Virus record (IMG/VR): IMGVR_UViG_3300014208_001433
Location: 29,134-93,133 of that record
DNA from: a virus
Direction: 5' to 3' (one strand)
Length of the DNA: 64,000 nt
Program-made: the position numbers and the translations under genes
In this document: positions 38,328 through 47,733 of the stretch, one piece after another
Layout: each line of letters starts with the position of its first letter
How positions within the stretch are numbered: position 1 is the stretch's first letter
The notes under the pieces: model-generated
Database searches by the model: none
The model's input: only the letters and a program-made list of their open reading frames with translations
Told to the model about the DNA's origin: nothing

Positions 38328-38367
38328 CGACCTCACCCCTACCCCTCTCCTTTGTAAGGAGAGGGGT
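38328..38367. repeat. REP-like GC hairpin, copy 3 (may act as terminator)
   Basis: cgacctcacccct-acccctctcctt-tgt-aaggagaggggt-ttt. Confidence 0.75.
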
Positions 38368-38391
38368 TTTCCACTTTAAACAATCTTCAAA

Positions 38392-38450
38392 TTTCAACCC
38401 TTCGGAGAGAAACGCATTCCTTAAATAACGGCTGTATTTAACAAAGTATT
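38392..38450 (+). promoter_or_regulatory. Putative late promoter, copy 3, plus conserved leader
   Basis: TTTCAACCCTTCGGAGA-N13-TAAATA-N6-GTATTTAACAAAGTATT. Confidence 0.8.
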
Positions 38451-38471
38451 ATCTCTTAGTATAACATCAAC

Positions 38472-39362
38472 ATGATTACACCACTTGCATCATTAGAAGT
38501 TACTGTTTCACCGCTTGGAAGCGAACTCAATATTTTTTGGACTTTGCCTACAACATTGCCAACAAATTATAAAGTTTACATTTTCCAACGCAGTCAAACT
38601 GATGTTACGCAATTAGAGATAGACGAATACTTTTCTCACATCGCCGACCTTTCAGCCTTTACTTACAACGGATTATATGTTTTTGATAAGATTAAAAACG
38701 GTCAGGAAGGGATGGGCGTTTATGAGGTTATTAACGGTTTGGTTTATTATTACAAAGCTGTAATTAGAGACGAAACCACGGGCGAATATTCCGCAACAAT
38801 TTCAGCGAACGCAACACCTAACGCGGATGTACTTGTAGAAATACATGACGGAAAAGAGATCGTAGCGAAAACATTAAGGAAGATGTTGGACGGATTGAAA
38901 AACGCAACCGGGAAGAAAATACAAGTAAGCAGAGATATTGAAGTTGTGAAACAATTTACCATGGGCGAGCCAAGAAACGATCAGTTTATGGTTGAACGGG
39001 TAAACGGAGCTAGCTATCAAAACTATTGGGGCAACATATTATCAGCGCACGGGCAAGCTGTTATACTTGGCGACATGGATGCTGATGTAATTAGAGCAAC
39101 GTACATAACTATAAGCGGACCGGACAGAAGAGACTTAATGACCTCGATATGCAGAGGGCGCAAACCATTCTTAAAGATAATGGCAAAGAAATTAGGTGCG
39201 ACCGACTGCCAGGTTACTATTGAGGGGGATTATTATAATCCTTCCTTTCACGGAGCTAACGTAGTGGGTACAACAATGATATTTACACTATTAATTGAGA
39301 ACAAAACAAAAATAGATTACGCAGAAATTAATGAACATATAACCGATATGAAGGTGGTTTAA
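38472..39362 (+). CDS. Putative tail terminator with an N-terminal FN3-like domain
   Basis: Position before the sheath; LNIFWT...YYYKAV beta-sandwich pattern. Confidence 0.45.
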   Translation: MITPLASLEVTVSPLGSELNIFWTLPTTLPTNYKVYIFQRSQTDVTQLEIDEYFSHIADLSAFTYNGLYVFDKIKNGQEGMGVYEVINGLVYYYKAVIRDETTGEYSATISANATPNADVLVEIHDGKEIVAKTLRKMLDGLKNATGKKIQVSRDIEVVKQFTMGEPRNDQFMVERVNGASYQNYWGNILSAHGQAVILGDMDADVIRATYITISGPDRRDLMTSICRGRKPFLKIMAKKLGATDCQVTIEGDYYNPSFHGANVVGTTMIFTLLIENKTKIDYAEINEHITDMKVV

Positions 39363-39363
39363 A

Positions 39364-39588
39364 ATGGCAAAAAAAATAAACGATGAAGAAAACTTTAGTA
39401 TGGCCGAAGAACAAGTGAAAGCGTATGAAGGTAAAGAAGAAATTGAGGTAAACCTCAATACTTTTATTCATTTGAAAAGTCTTCCAAGTTGGGCGAAGAC
39501 CCGCTTAGAACATTATTTGGCACTTAATCCAAAAGCAAAAACAGAAAATACGGTAGAGCAATGGGAAAAGATTTTAGCAAAACTTTAA
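39364..39588 (+). CDS. Small tail-associated hypothetical protein
   Basis: AAGGTGG SD; position. Confidence 0.55.
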   Translation: MAKKINDEENFSMAEEQVKAYEGKEEIEVNLNTFIHLKSLPSWAKTRLEHYLALNPKAKTENTVEQWEKILAKL

Positions 39589-40334
39589 AGCTTTGGTCAA
39601 CCGGCGCTGAGGTAGAGCTTTGGCAGAAACTTCTTAAGCAGAAGGGATATTTTGCTGAAGAAGTTGACGGCGTATTTGGTGATAAGTTAAACGCGGCGAC
39701 AAAGAAATACCAGGCAGCAAACGGACTTCTTAACGATGGAGTGGTAGGTAAAATTACATGGGGCTTTGCTTTTGCCAACGTTAAGGAAGTAAAAGACGAG
39801 CATATAAAAACCGAAGTTAATTTGCTGGCGTGGATAAAAAGAGATTTAGGTCCATACATAAAAAAGGCTATTGCCGGATCAATATTTACGGAAGATTGGC
39901 TTGGGGCAATCGCAGCTCGAGAAACTGGTTTTCTCATCATTAGGTATGTGAATAAAGGTTATGATCTAGACACAATAACTAAATTGATGAAAGGTGATTT
40001 CAATAACGGCATCTACCACGGATTTAGTTTTTGGCAGATCGATATTAGATCGTTTCCGGAGTTTATTAATTCCGGTAAATGGTTAGACATTCAGGCGAGC
40101 GCAAATAAAGCGGTTGATGTTTTAACCGGTAAAATGAAATATTTGAAAAAGCATGAAGAGAAACTTGGAGAGTATTGGTTTAGCCGTGCGATAACCGCGG
40201 CTTACAATTGCGGAGAAGGCAACGTAGAAAAAGCGATCTTAGCCGGGAAGGATATTGATTCACGGACTTTTAATAAAGATTATTCAAAAGAAGTATTTCG
40301 AATGAAAGAGGTTTATAAAAGTGTTAATATATAA
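39561..40334 (+). CDS. Endolysin: peptidoglycan-binding domain plus lysozyme/SLT-like domain
   Basis: VDGVFG...TKKYQAANGLLNDGVVGKITW; AIAARET, GFSFWQID, AAYNCGEGNV and DYSKEV. Confidence 0.85.
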   Translation: MGKDFSKTLKLWSTGAEVELWQKLLKQKGYFAEEVDGVFGDKLNAATKKYQAANGLLNDGVVGKITWGFAFANVKEVKDEHIKTEVNLLAWIKRDLGPYIKKAIAGSIFTEDWLGAIAARETGFLIIRYVNKGYDLDTITKLMKGDFNNGIYHGFSFWQIDIRSFPEFINSGKWLDIQASANKAVDVLTGKMKYLKKHEEKLGEYWFSRAITAAYNCGEGNVEKAILAGKDIDSRTFNKDYSKEVFRMKEVYKSVNI

Positions 40335-40372
40335 GAAATTCAATAAAACAACTAATTTAGGAGAATAAGACC

Positions 40373-42094
40373 ATGCCATTGACATTAGAAGGAAAAACCT
40401 ATACCGTGCCCGGAGTTTACGGAACGGTGGAGATTATAAATCTTGGCAGTACAGCATTACCGGTTTTTAATACGCTGCTAATTGTAGCGGGAGCGAAAAA
40501 GGGTGTGCCGTATAATGCAACGGGGAAGAAAGGGTACGAAGTAATTCTACCGTTTTCATCCTTAAACACAGTGAAGGAATATTACGGAGTAAGTGATATT
40601 TCCCGCGCATTTGAGTATGCGAAAAAAGGAGGCGCTGGTGTTGTGTACTGCATTAACGCAGCATCTTTAACAAGAGCGAACGCAACAATACTTGATAACG
40701 CCGGAATACCGGTAAACGCTTTTGATGTTTATCCGCGAGATAATTTTTACGGAGCGGCTGGGAATGACATTTCGATAACAATGTCAACCGCAACCAGCTT
40801 GTTAACTCTAACCATTATTCCGCCGAAGTTGACGAAGTTTTTAACAGCAAACGCAAGCACTTCATCCCCATTTATTACTCTTGGAGATGTTGAAGGACTT
40901 GCAGTTGGTATGGCTGTGAAAGTTTACAGCAACGCAATTACAAGCGCACCGGATGCAGTAACTATTGTTAGTATTGATACCGTAAACAACCAGGTAGAAC
41001 TTAGCGCAAACCCAACGGCGGCTTTTGCTACTTCGGCTTGGGCGCGTTTATTTGTGGAAGATACCGACAAACAAGCAACAACAACCTTTACCGCAACCGC
41101 AACAGTTACGGATGTGATCAACTGGATCAACTCCGGGAATATTTTAACTGCGGATAGAAAAACTTACGCGGGAATAAAACCAACAACTTTAGCTAAAGTT
41201 TATTTGCAGAACATTACAAGTGCAACAAAAGGAACTTCTCCGGCAGCGACAGAAACCGGCGGCGGAGATTTTGATCTTCTTGCAGGTTTAGCGCCGCAAT
41301 TATTTGAAGAGTTGACCAACTACACCAAACAAAGAATAAGATTAGTGAACGTTGTAAGCAGCTCATCTTCAGTACATGCAGTTTATAAAACACTTGCGGT
41401 AACTGAGAGGGCGGCAAATAAATCGATACAGCTTATTCTTGGTTGTGCAACGGGAGACATTCTTCTTGCCGCAGATAACGCCGCGCACCCCAAAGCACGT
41501 GCAAAAGTATTAAATAGTGATGATTGTATTCTTGCCGGAATGGGTATGGATGGCAAAGCATCTTATTTAAGTTTTGCTCCTTTTGTCGGAGGATTGATAA
41601 GCGCAAATTCCGTTAAACGGAACTTTACAAATGATGCAGTTGACGCGCAAAGCGTTGAAAAAACTTTCGGTGAGTTTAACAAAGAAACTGATACCGCCGG
41701 ATACCTTGCAAACGGTGTATTGTTAATCGGTACGGGTAAGAACGGGTATTACATCATTCAAGGAATTAACACCTACCAGAACCAAGCCACTATTTGGAAT
41801 ACAGACGATAAGAAAACCTATTTAATTCAGCAACGGCAGATCGTGGACTACGTTTACGAAGGCTACAAGAACGAAATGGAACTTGGTGTAGGCGCTGATG
41901 GATATGGACCAAGCGTAGCATCGGTACAAGGCGGAAGAATATTAAAGAAATATCAGGATGATGGATTTATTTCTGATTGGAAGATTGTAAACGCATACCA
42001 GGAAGGTAATGCAGTAATAACCGAGCCGCAGATCAATCCTATTGATGCTGTTGATTTTGTCGGGTTTAAATTAAAAGTAATTGTTGACGCATAA
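40373..42094 (+). CDS. Tail sheath protein
   Basis: PGVY N-terminus, YIIQGINTY, C-terminal PIDAVDFV; 573 aa; precedes the tube. Confidence 0.85.
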   Translation: MPLTLEGKTYTVPGVYGTVEIINLGSTALPVFNTLLIVAGAKKGVPYNATGKKGYEVILPFSSLNTVKEYYGVSDISRAFEYAKKGGAGVVYCINAASLTRANATILDNAGIPVNAFDVYPRDNFYGAAGNDISITMSTATSLLTLTIIPPKLTKFLTANASTSSPFITLGDVEGLAVGMAVKVYSNAITSAPDAVTIVSIDTVNNQVELSANPTAAFATSAWARLFVEDTDKQATTTFTATATVTDVINWINSGNILTADRKTYAGIKPTTLAKVYLQNITSATKGTSPAATETGGGDFDLLAGLAPQLFEELTNYTKQRIRLVNVVSSSSSVHAVYKTLAVTERAANKSIQLILGCATGDILLAADNAAHPKARAKVLNSDDCILAGMGMDGKASYLSFAPFVGGLISANSVKRNFTNDAVDAQSVEKTFGEFNKETDTAGYLANGVLLIGTGKNGYYIIQGINTYQNQATIWNTDDKKTYLIQQRQIVDYVYEGYKNEMELGVGADGYGPSVASVQGGRILKKYQDDGFISDWKIVNAYQEGNAVITEPQINPIDAVDFVGFKLKVIVDA

Positions 42095-42112
42095 ACATAA
42101 GGAATTAAAAAA

Positions 42113-42661
42113 ATGGGATTCGGAGAAATATTATCACCACGAATTAAAGTTGGGACGGTCGATAACCCGGAGCTTTATTACAAAGCATTGTCGGGTTCTC
42201 AACTTGTTCTTTCCGTCTTAGACGGTTCAAATAATTTAGTTGCAAGAGGAACCGGAATGAATTGGAATGAACAGTTTCAACAAACCGATTTAGCGGAATG
42301 GGGACAACGCCATTCCTTGGAAATTGTTACCGGCAGACAACCGATCGGACAATTAACGATCCAGACGTTTTTCTTTATGCACTTGAATGATTCATTGCCA
42401 ACTACTTCAGGATTAAAAGAATGGGCTGTTAGTGAACTGAGCGCAATTGTACAAATAGCAGAACATGAAGATCCGGCTATGGCAGGAACTATCATTGATG
42501 CCTTTGAAGGTGTAAAAATTGCCGGACAAAGCGGTAATTGGAACGCGCAAAGTCAGTACATGAAAAATATGTCATTGGTTTATCGAGTCCGTCTTAACGG
42601 ACTTGAATGGAAGCAAATCCATGCAGATGGAGTTGCATATCCGGCTAAGAAAGCATCTTAA
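42113..42661 (+). CDS. Tail tube protein
   Basis: Follows the sheath; EWG....EIVTG and FEGVKI motifs. Confidence 0.7.
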   Translation: MGFGEILSPRIKVGTVDNPELYYKALSGSQLVLSVLDGSNNLVARGTGMNWNEQFQQTDLAEWGQRHSLEIVTGRQPIGQLTIQTFFFMHLNDSLPTTSGLKEWAVSELSAIVQIAEHEDPAMAGTIIDAFEGVKIAGQSGNWNAQSQYMKNMSLVYRVRLNGLEWKQIHADGVAYPAKKAS

Positions 42662-42706
42662 TTAATTATTCACCATATCCTCCCGCCTTTTGTGTAAAAG
42701 CAAGGG

Positions 42707-43192
42707 GTGGGAGTAATTTTAGAGGCAAAAATGGACAGCAGCATTAGAGAAAAGATTTCGTTTACGATAGATGAAAAGACCTTTGAATTCTTTGCAGAAG
42801 CAACAGCAATAGAAAGCAGACAAATACGCAACGAGATGGCGGAACTTCTTGGAGGTATCGAGAATTTATTAAGTCTGGAAAATTTGATAAGTCGAGAGTA
42901 TAGTGCATACTATGACAAACTTGATAAGTTACCCGGGAGCAAAGAAGCGGAAGAAAAGAAGGATGAAGTTTTTGACGCAATGATAAAAGATCAGAAATTT
43001 TATTTAAAGCTCTTATCGGTAATCAATGAAAAGAAAAACTTACAGCAGCTTGCCTTCTTAAAGGTAATGTGCATTAAGCCTTATGGATATGATTTCTATT
43101 CGCAGAAGGAAGAGTACCTAAGAAAAATTGTTGTAGAGTTAGACAAGAAATTAGATGAAGTAAAAAAAAAGTTACCAGGCTTAGAGGCTTAA
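42707..43192 (+). CDS. Tail assembly chaperone (G-like)
   Basis: Follows the tube; ends at a slippery A9G run. Confidence 0.7.
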   Translation: MGVILEAKMDSSIREKISFTIDEKTFEFFAEATAIESRQIRNEMAELLGGIENLLSLENLISREYSAYYDKLDKLPGSKEAEEKKDEVFDAMIKDQKFYLKLLSVINEKKNLQQLAFLKVMCIKPYGYDFYSQKEEYLRKIVVELDKKLDEVKKKLPGLEA

Positions 43193-43503
43193 TAAATCTT
43201 GACGGAAATGAGTGTTTACTCTCTGATGATTTCGCAAAGGAAATAGAAGATCGTTCTACTTTCAGGCAATTCTGGAAAGACCACTATGGATACAGCAGTA
43301 ACGATGAACGGTATCTAACAGCTACTGATTCTCAGATATTAAGCGACTACCTTGATCTTAAAATAAAGGGCTTTAAAGAAAAATATCCGGACGCATTTAT
43401 CTTAAAGACGGCGAAGAATAGAGCCTTGGATCCACGGTATGATGAAAAAACAAATTTGGCATTCAAGGAAGCTTTAAAAAATATTGAGATAGTGCATATA
43501 TAA
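43171..43503 (+). CDS. -1 frameshift extension of the tail chaperone (T-like); not in the ORF track
   Basis: A-AAA-AAG at 43165-43171; the -1 frame is open for 110 codons to TAA 43501-43503 (..FRQFWKDHYGYSSNDERYLTATDSQILSDY..) and contains no ATG. Confidence 0.8.
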   Translation, partial: VTRLRGLINLDGNECLLSDDFAKEIEDRSTFRQFWKDHYGYSSNDERYLTATDSQILSDYLDLKIKGFKEKYPDAFILKTAKNRALDPRYDEKTNLAFKEALKNIEIVHI

Positions 43504-43518
43504 AAGTTAATACAAGAC

Positions 43519-43549
43519 TTGTTTTATAAAATAACATTTTATAAGTTTG
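43519..43549 (+). promoter_or_regulatory. FCB-type promoter TTG-N20-TAAGTTTG
   Basis: ttg 43519-43521, taagtttg 43542-43549. Confidence 0.65.
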
Positions 43550-43586
43550 TATTGTCATTTAAAACAATTATTCAAAGGAAAAACAA

Positions 43587-44042
43587 ATGGACAAGGAAAT
43601 TAACCACGAAAGCAAAGATCAAGGACTCGAGGATTTCCTAAAATTCAGAGCAGATCTTTTTAACCAACGATTAAAATCTTTAGGTATAAACGCCAAGATA
43701 AGCGTAAACACCGACGAAGAAAAGATGACATTTCTTAATTGCTTAAGAGAAATTACGGATGAAGATCCTCTCAAAGAACAAAAAACCGATTTAGAAAAAT
43801 TTGTTGAGTTATATTTATCCTTTGGGGTACAGTGCATTGTTAAAGAGGGGATAGACGAGAAATCAAAACAAGAAGTTAAAACAATCCGGTTCCAAAACAC
43901 AAACGGATTGAATGAATATGGACTTGACAATCTACCAGAAGGTTTAACCACCTCAGAAAAGTTTGACGGATACGGTGATTCATTTACGCTGATAACCTTT
44001 TCTAAAGACGGGGAATTTTTATGCCAAGGATTTTGGGGATAA
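43587..44042 (+). CDS. Hypothetical protein (moron cassette)
   Basis: AAGGA SD; own promoter. Confidence 0.65.
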   Translation: MDKEINHESKDQGLEDFLKFRADLFNQRLKSLGINAKISVNTDEEKMTFLNCLREITDEDPLKEQKTDLEKFVELYLSFGVQCIVKEGIDEKSKQEVKTIRFQNTNGLNEYGLDNLPEGLTTSEKFDGYGDSFTLITFSKDGEFLCQGFWG

Positions 44043-44070
44043 ACCATAACAGGCTTAAAGGAGCAGAGAA

Positions 44071-44268
44071 ATGAGCAAAAGAATCATCAGTTTTATTAGA
44101 ATATTCTTCACTTTAATGTTGATTGATGCTGTTTATCTTGAGGCGGGGATATTCACAGCTATATCAATATCTTTAATTGCGATTGCATTAGAGATACAAG
44201 CAGAATTAAATAAGCATTATTTGAAAGAGGGAGATGACAAGCCACGGGCGGTGAAAAATGATATTTAA
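44071..44268 (+). CDS. Small membrane protein
   Basis: AAGGAG SD; hydrophobic N-terminal half. Confidence 0.55.
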   Translation: MSKRIISFIRIFFTLMLIDAVYLEAGIFTAISISLIAIALEIQAELNKHYLKEGDDKPRAVKNDI

Positions 44269-44491
44269 ACCGAAAGATATTCTGACAAAAAAGATAAAAT
44301 TAAAAGACTCCTTAAAAGAGAATTATGAAGATAACTTTGAGGAAGATGAATGCAAGAAAATGTTAAGTGGAAAATGTAAAATACTAGAAATAAACGAAAA
44401 TGGTGAATTTGCCATTGGCTATAGAGGTAAACTATTATTGGCATGGTTAGACTTAGAAGACTTTGAATTTGTAGTTGCAAATTCCATTTAA
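44258..44491 (+). CDS. Hypothetical protein
   Basis: Overlaps the upstream ORF; followed by a terminator. Confidence 0.55.
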   Translation: MIFKPKDILTKKIKLKDSLKENYEDNFEEDECKKMLSGKCKILEINENGEFAIGYRGKLLLAWLDLEDFEFVVANSI

Positions 44492-44521
44492 TCACCAACT
44501 AACCCGCAATTAAATAAAAAT

Positions 44522-44556
44522 AAACCTCCGAAGTTTTTAAAATTTCGGAGGTTTTT
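44522..44556 (+). terminator. Rho-independent terminator
   Basis: aaacctccgaag...tttcggaggttt-tt. Confidence 0.8.
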
Positions 44557-44578
44557 CATTTTAAAACCTTTCCTCAAA

Positions 44579-44637
44579 TTTCAACCCTTCGGAGAATAAG
44601 TAAATGATTAAATAAGCGTCGTATTTAACCAAGTATT
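44579..44637 (+). promoter_or_regulatory. Putative late promoter, copy 4, plus conserved leader
   Basis: TTTCAACCCTTCGGAGA-N13-TAAATA-N6-GTATTTAACCAAGTATT. Confidence 0.8.
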
Positions 44638-44662
44638 TACTCAGTATCATCTCTATAAATCT

Positions 44663-47600
44663 ATGAATAATGACAGCGAATTAGCTCTTTCCATAAGAGC
44701 AAAAATTTTACCGATGATTGAGGGAAGCAATGAATTTTTCTCCCAACTTGAACAAACCCCACAGCGTATTACCGCACCAATGCAACAGCTTACGCAAAAT
44801 CCAATATTTCAGCAAGGAATGTCTCCGAAGGCGATGCAGCAGGCAAATGCCCTTGCTAATGACTTTGAAGGACTTGAGGATTATGAGAAAAGAATAAGGG
44901 ATTTACGGAATGAAATTGCAACTACTATTAAAGCTTCAGAACTGAGTGAACAGCCGTTGACAAGACGCGATGTGTTTGGCGTGCATAAAAAGATGTTACA
45001 AGAACAAGCTGAATTAGAAGATTTTCAAAAAAAACAAATGGCGGCTATTGATGAAATGGATTTCTCGAAAGAAAAAAGAAGAAAACTGAAGAGCCTAGAC
45101 TATGATAAAGATCGGCAATTAAGCGATATAGACAGAGATAAAGGTTGGCAATTAAGCGAGTTAGACAAAGATAAGAAAAGAAGAGACATATTGCATAAAC
45201 CTCTCACAGAAGAAGAAATAAAAACGAAGCAGGAAAGCATAGAAGAAGAGACAAAAACGAAAAAGGAAAGCATATCTAAACAATACGATGAACAGCGTTT
45301 AGTTTTGCTTGACGAAATAAAATCTTTGGACATGAAAAAAGAGTTTATGAAGGAAGCTCTTGTAAGCGGAATAAAAGACGCATCCTCCGGGTTAGACGAG
45401 TTGAACCCGAAGTTGAAAGAAATGGTTGGGCAGATGAAAGAAGGGGGCGAGGCGGGAAAAGGCATCTATACAATGCTACAGCAAGGAGGTTATTTGGCTT
45501 TGATGGGAAACGCAACGCAGACGGCTATGAATTGGACATTAAGTGAAGCAAGAATAAGCGCGAAAGAACTTACATCATTTAACTTAACCTCTCCAATGGG
45601 AAGTTATGCAGCCGGAGAAGAAGCGAAGGTTTTTAAGGAAACAACTGAACGGACAAGAGAAAGTGAACTTATAGGCAAGCTTGTTGGCGCTGTTGCGGCT
45701 ATAGCATTAACCACGGTTACCGGAGGCGCGGGAGCGATACCAATTGCGGCGATGGCTGCGGGCGGTTCTATGTTCGGCGGAATGATAGGAGGACAATTTG
45801 CGGAAATAGAAAATACCGAGAGCAGGGCAAAGTTAGAGGCGGATATTAAATACAGATCAGAGGCTTATGCAGAGGCATCAAGATTAGTTCAATCTTCTAT
45901 GGCTTATGATATCAGCAAGTTTAAGGCAGGACAAAGATTTGGGAAAGAAGGTATTGGCGGAAGTGTGCTTGGTTATTCACCGGACGAGACTTTGGAGTTA
46001 CAGAAAAGTTTTGCCGAACAATACGGAAAGATGGATGAAGATTTGTTTAAGGAACAAACTTTATTTGCACGTAAAAGCGGACTTGATCCAAGGCAGATGT
46101 ATCAGTTTGGAGAAATGGAACGGTTGACGGGGAACAAACTTAGTTACGGTGAATTTTCGGAAGTGGAGAAGAAATCGCAACAGTTGTTTGGAACCGACGT
46201 TGATAAGGAGAGAGTAGTTGACATACTGAAGGATATTCGTGATGTATCAATGAAGCAACTTAAAGCTGGAATTGATACGCACGAGGCGATTAGGTTTGCG
46301 GTGGATTTGCCGAGAATGTTAATGGGGAACGCTTCTCCCTACGGAAGAGCGGGAGATTTAGGGGCGGAAACATCAAGCGCGTTTGAGAGATTTGGGAACC
46401 CGCAAAACTTGGCGCAAGAATCGGTGTTAATGAGAGCTTGGGGAGAAAACGGGATGTTTGGAGACGATGGATATTTGTCCCGAAGACGAGAAGGGATAAT
46501 GAACCCAAGAAACTTTAGATCGGCAATAGAAGAATACAGGCGAGAAGGCGGTTACACAGATAAAGGAGCGCAGGCAATAATGGAGGGGATTGATCCGGGA
46601 AGGACTATGGCTAAACCAATTTACGATAAATTTGTTGGTTTGTTTGGAGAAAAAGGTGAGGCGCAGTATGATGAATATAAACTTGATAAGAATGGGAAAA
46701 GAATAGCGATAAAGGGCGAAAAAGATGAGAAGGGGGAACAAAAATATGAGATGGAATCGAAGACGGTAAAGTTAGAAGAATTCTATAAAATGGTAGAAAG
46801 CGAAGGAAAGGCAATAGGTGAGGGAGGAAAAGAATTTCTTGAAACGCTGAAACAGGCAAACAGTTTTAGAAGTGCAGAGGAAGCGCAACAGGTGTTAATT
46901 AGGGAAAAGAATCTTGCATCCGCAGAAGCATTTAAGCAGACAATTTTTGACGGGCAAAAAGCGCAGGCGGGGTTTTGGGTAGATATGGGTAAGAACGCCG
47001 ATGTCCAAAAAGATATGATTGAAACGGTGCGGAAAGGGATTGATGCACAGTATGCATGGATGATAACGAGCGGGATTGAAAAGAATCCGGTTAAGATCAA
47101 AGATTTTCTTAACGAGCAAAAAGAAGAGGCTTATGAACGGGCGGGGATAAAAGACCCGAACAAACTTAGTATTGAGAAAAGACGTGAAATACTTGAAGAA
47201 CAAGGATACAAAGAAATAGAGCGAAGAGTTCAACAAGCCGGATCATTACCGGATGAAATGAAAGATTCAAGGTTTTCTGATGAAAAAAACAAAGCAGATA
47301 AAGGACATGGGTTTAAAGAAGATAGAGATGCAATAAAGGAATTAAAAAAACAAAAAGAGGGGGAACCGAATGAAGCAATAATAGATGTGTTAAAATACAT
47401 AGATCAGCCATCGGAACTTCCCGGCAAGGAGAAGGCAAAGAATTTAATGGAGATGCTAAATGAGATAAAGCAATCGATGAAGCTGGAACCTCAATCTTCC
47501 CTTTATGGTGAACCGCAAAGACAAACACCGGAGACAAAAGAATTAACCGCAAGATTAGAAGGATTAGAAACGCTAAATAGAACTATTGATGTTCTTATTA

Positions 47601-47731
47601 ACCGGTTCGATACTTTGGGGGATAAAATAGAGATTGCGTCCCTTCGGCAAGGCGGTGTAAGGGTTGAAGTTAAGAGCGCGGACAAAGATGTTTACGGACA
47701 GCAAACTGATTTTATTGAAGATAGAGCTTAA
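44663..47731 (+). CDS. Tape measure protein
   Basis: 1022 aa helical protein with a Gly/Ala hydrophobic stretch; lies after the chaperones and before the hub. Confidence 0.7.
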   Translation: MNNDSELALSIRAKILPMIEGSNEFFSQLEQTPQRITAPMQQLTQNPIFQQGMSPKAMQQANALANDFEGLEDYEKRIRDLRNEIATTIKASELSEQPLTRRDVFGVHKKMLQEQAELEDFQKKQMAAIDEMDFSKEKRRKLKSLDYDKDRQLSDIDRDKGWQLSELDKDKKRRDILHKPLTEEEIKTKQESIEEETKTKKESISKQYDEQRLVLLDEIKSLDMKKEFMKEALVSGIKDASSGLDELNPKLKEMVGQMKEGGEAGKGIYTMLQQGGYLALMGNATQTAMNWTLSEARISAKELTSFNLTSPMGSYAAGEEAKVFKETTERTRESELIGKLVGAVAAIALTTVTGGAGAIPIAAMAAGGSMFGGMIGGQFAEIENTESRAKLEADIKYRSEAYAEASRLVQSSMAYDISKFKAGQRFGKEGIGGSVLGYSPDETLELQKSFAEQYGKMDEDLFKEQTLFARKSGLDPRQMYQFGEMERLTGNKLSYGEFSEVEKKSQQLFGTDVDKERVVDILKDIRDVSMKQLKAGIDTHEAIRFAVDLPRMLMGNASPYGRAGDLGAETSSAFERFGNPQNLAQESVLMRAWGENGMFGDDGYLSRRREGIMNPRNFRSAIEEYRREGGYTDKGAQAIMEGIDPGRTMAKPIYDKFVGLFGEKGEAQYDEYKLDKNGKRIAIKGEKDEKGEQKYEMESKTVKLEEFYKMVESEGKAIGEGGKEFLETLKQANSFRSAEEAQQVLIREKNLASAEAFKQTIFDGQKAQAGFWVDMGKNADVQKDMIETVRKGIDAQYAWMITSGIEKNPVKIKDFLNEQKEEAYERAGIKDPNKLSIEKRREILEEQGYKEIERRVQQAGSLPDEMKDSRFSDEKNKADKGHGFKEDRDAIKELKKQKEGEPNEAIIDVLKYIDQPSELPGKEKAKNLMEMLNEIKQSMKLEPQSSLYGEPQRQTPETKELTARLEGLETLNRTIDVLINRFDTLGDKIEIASLRQGGVRVEVKSADKDVYGQQTDFIEDRA

Positions 47732-47733
47732 AC

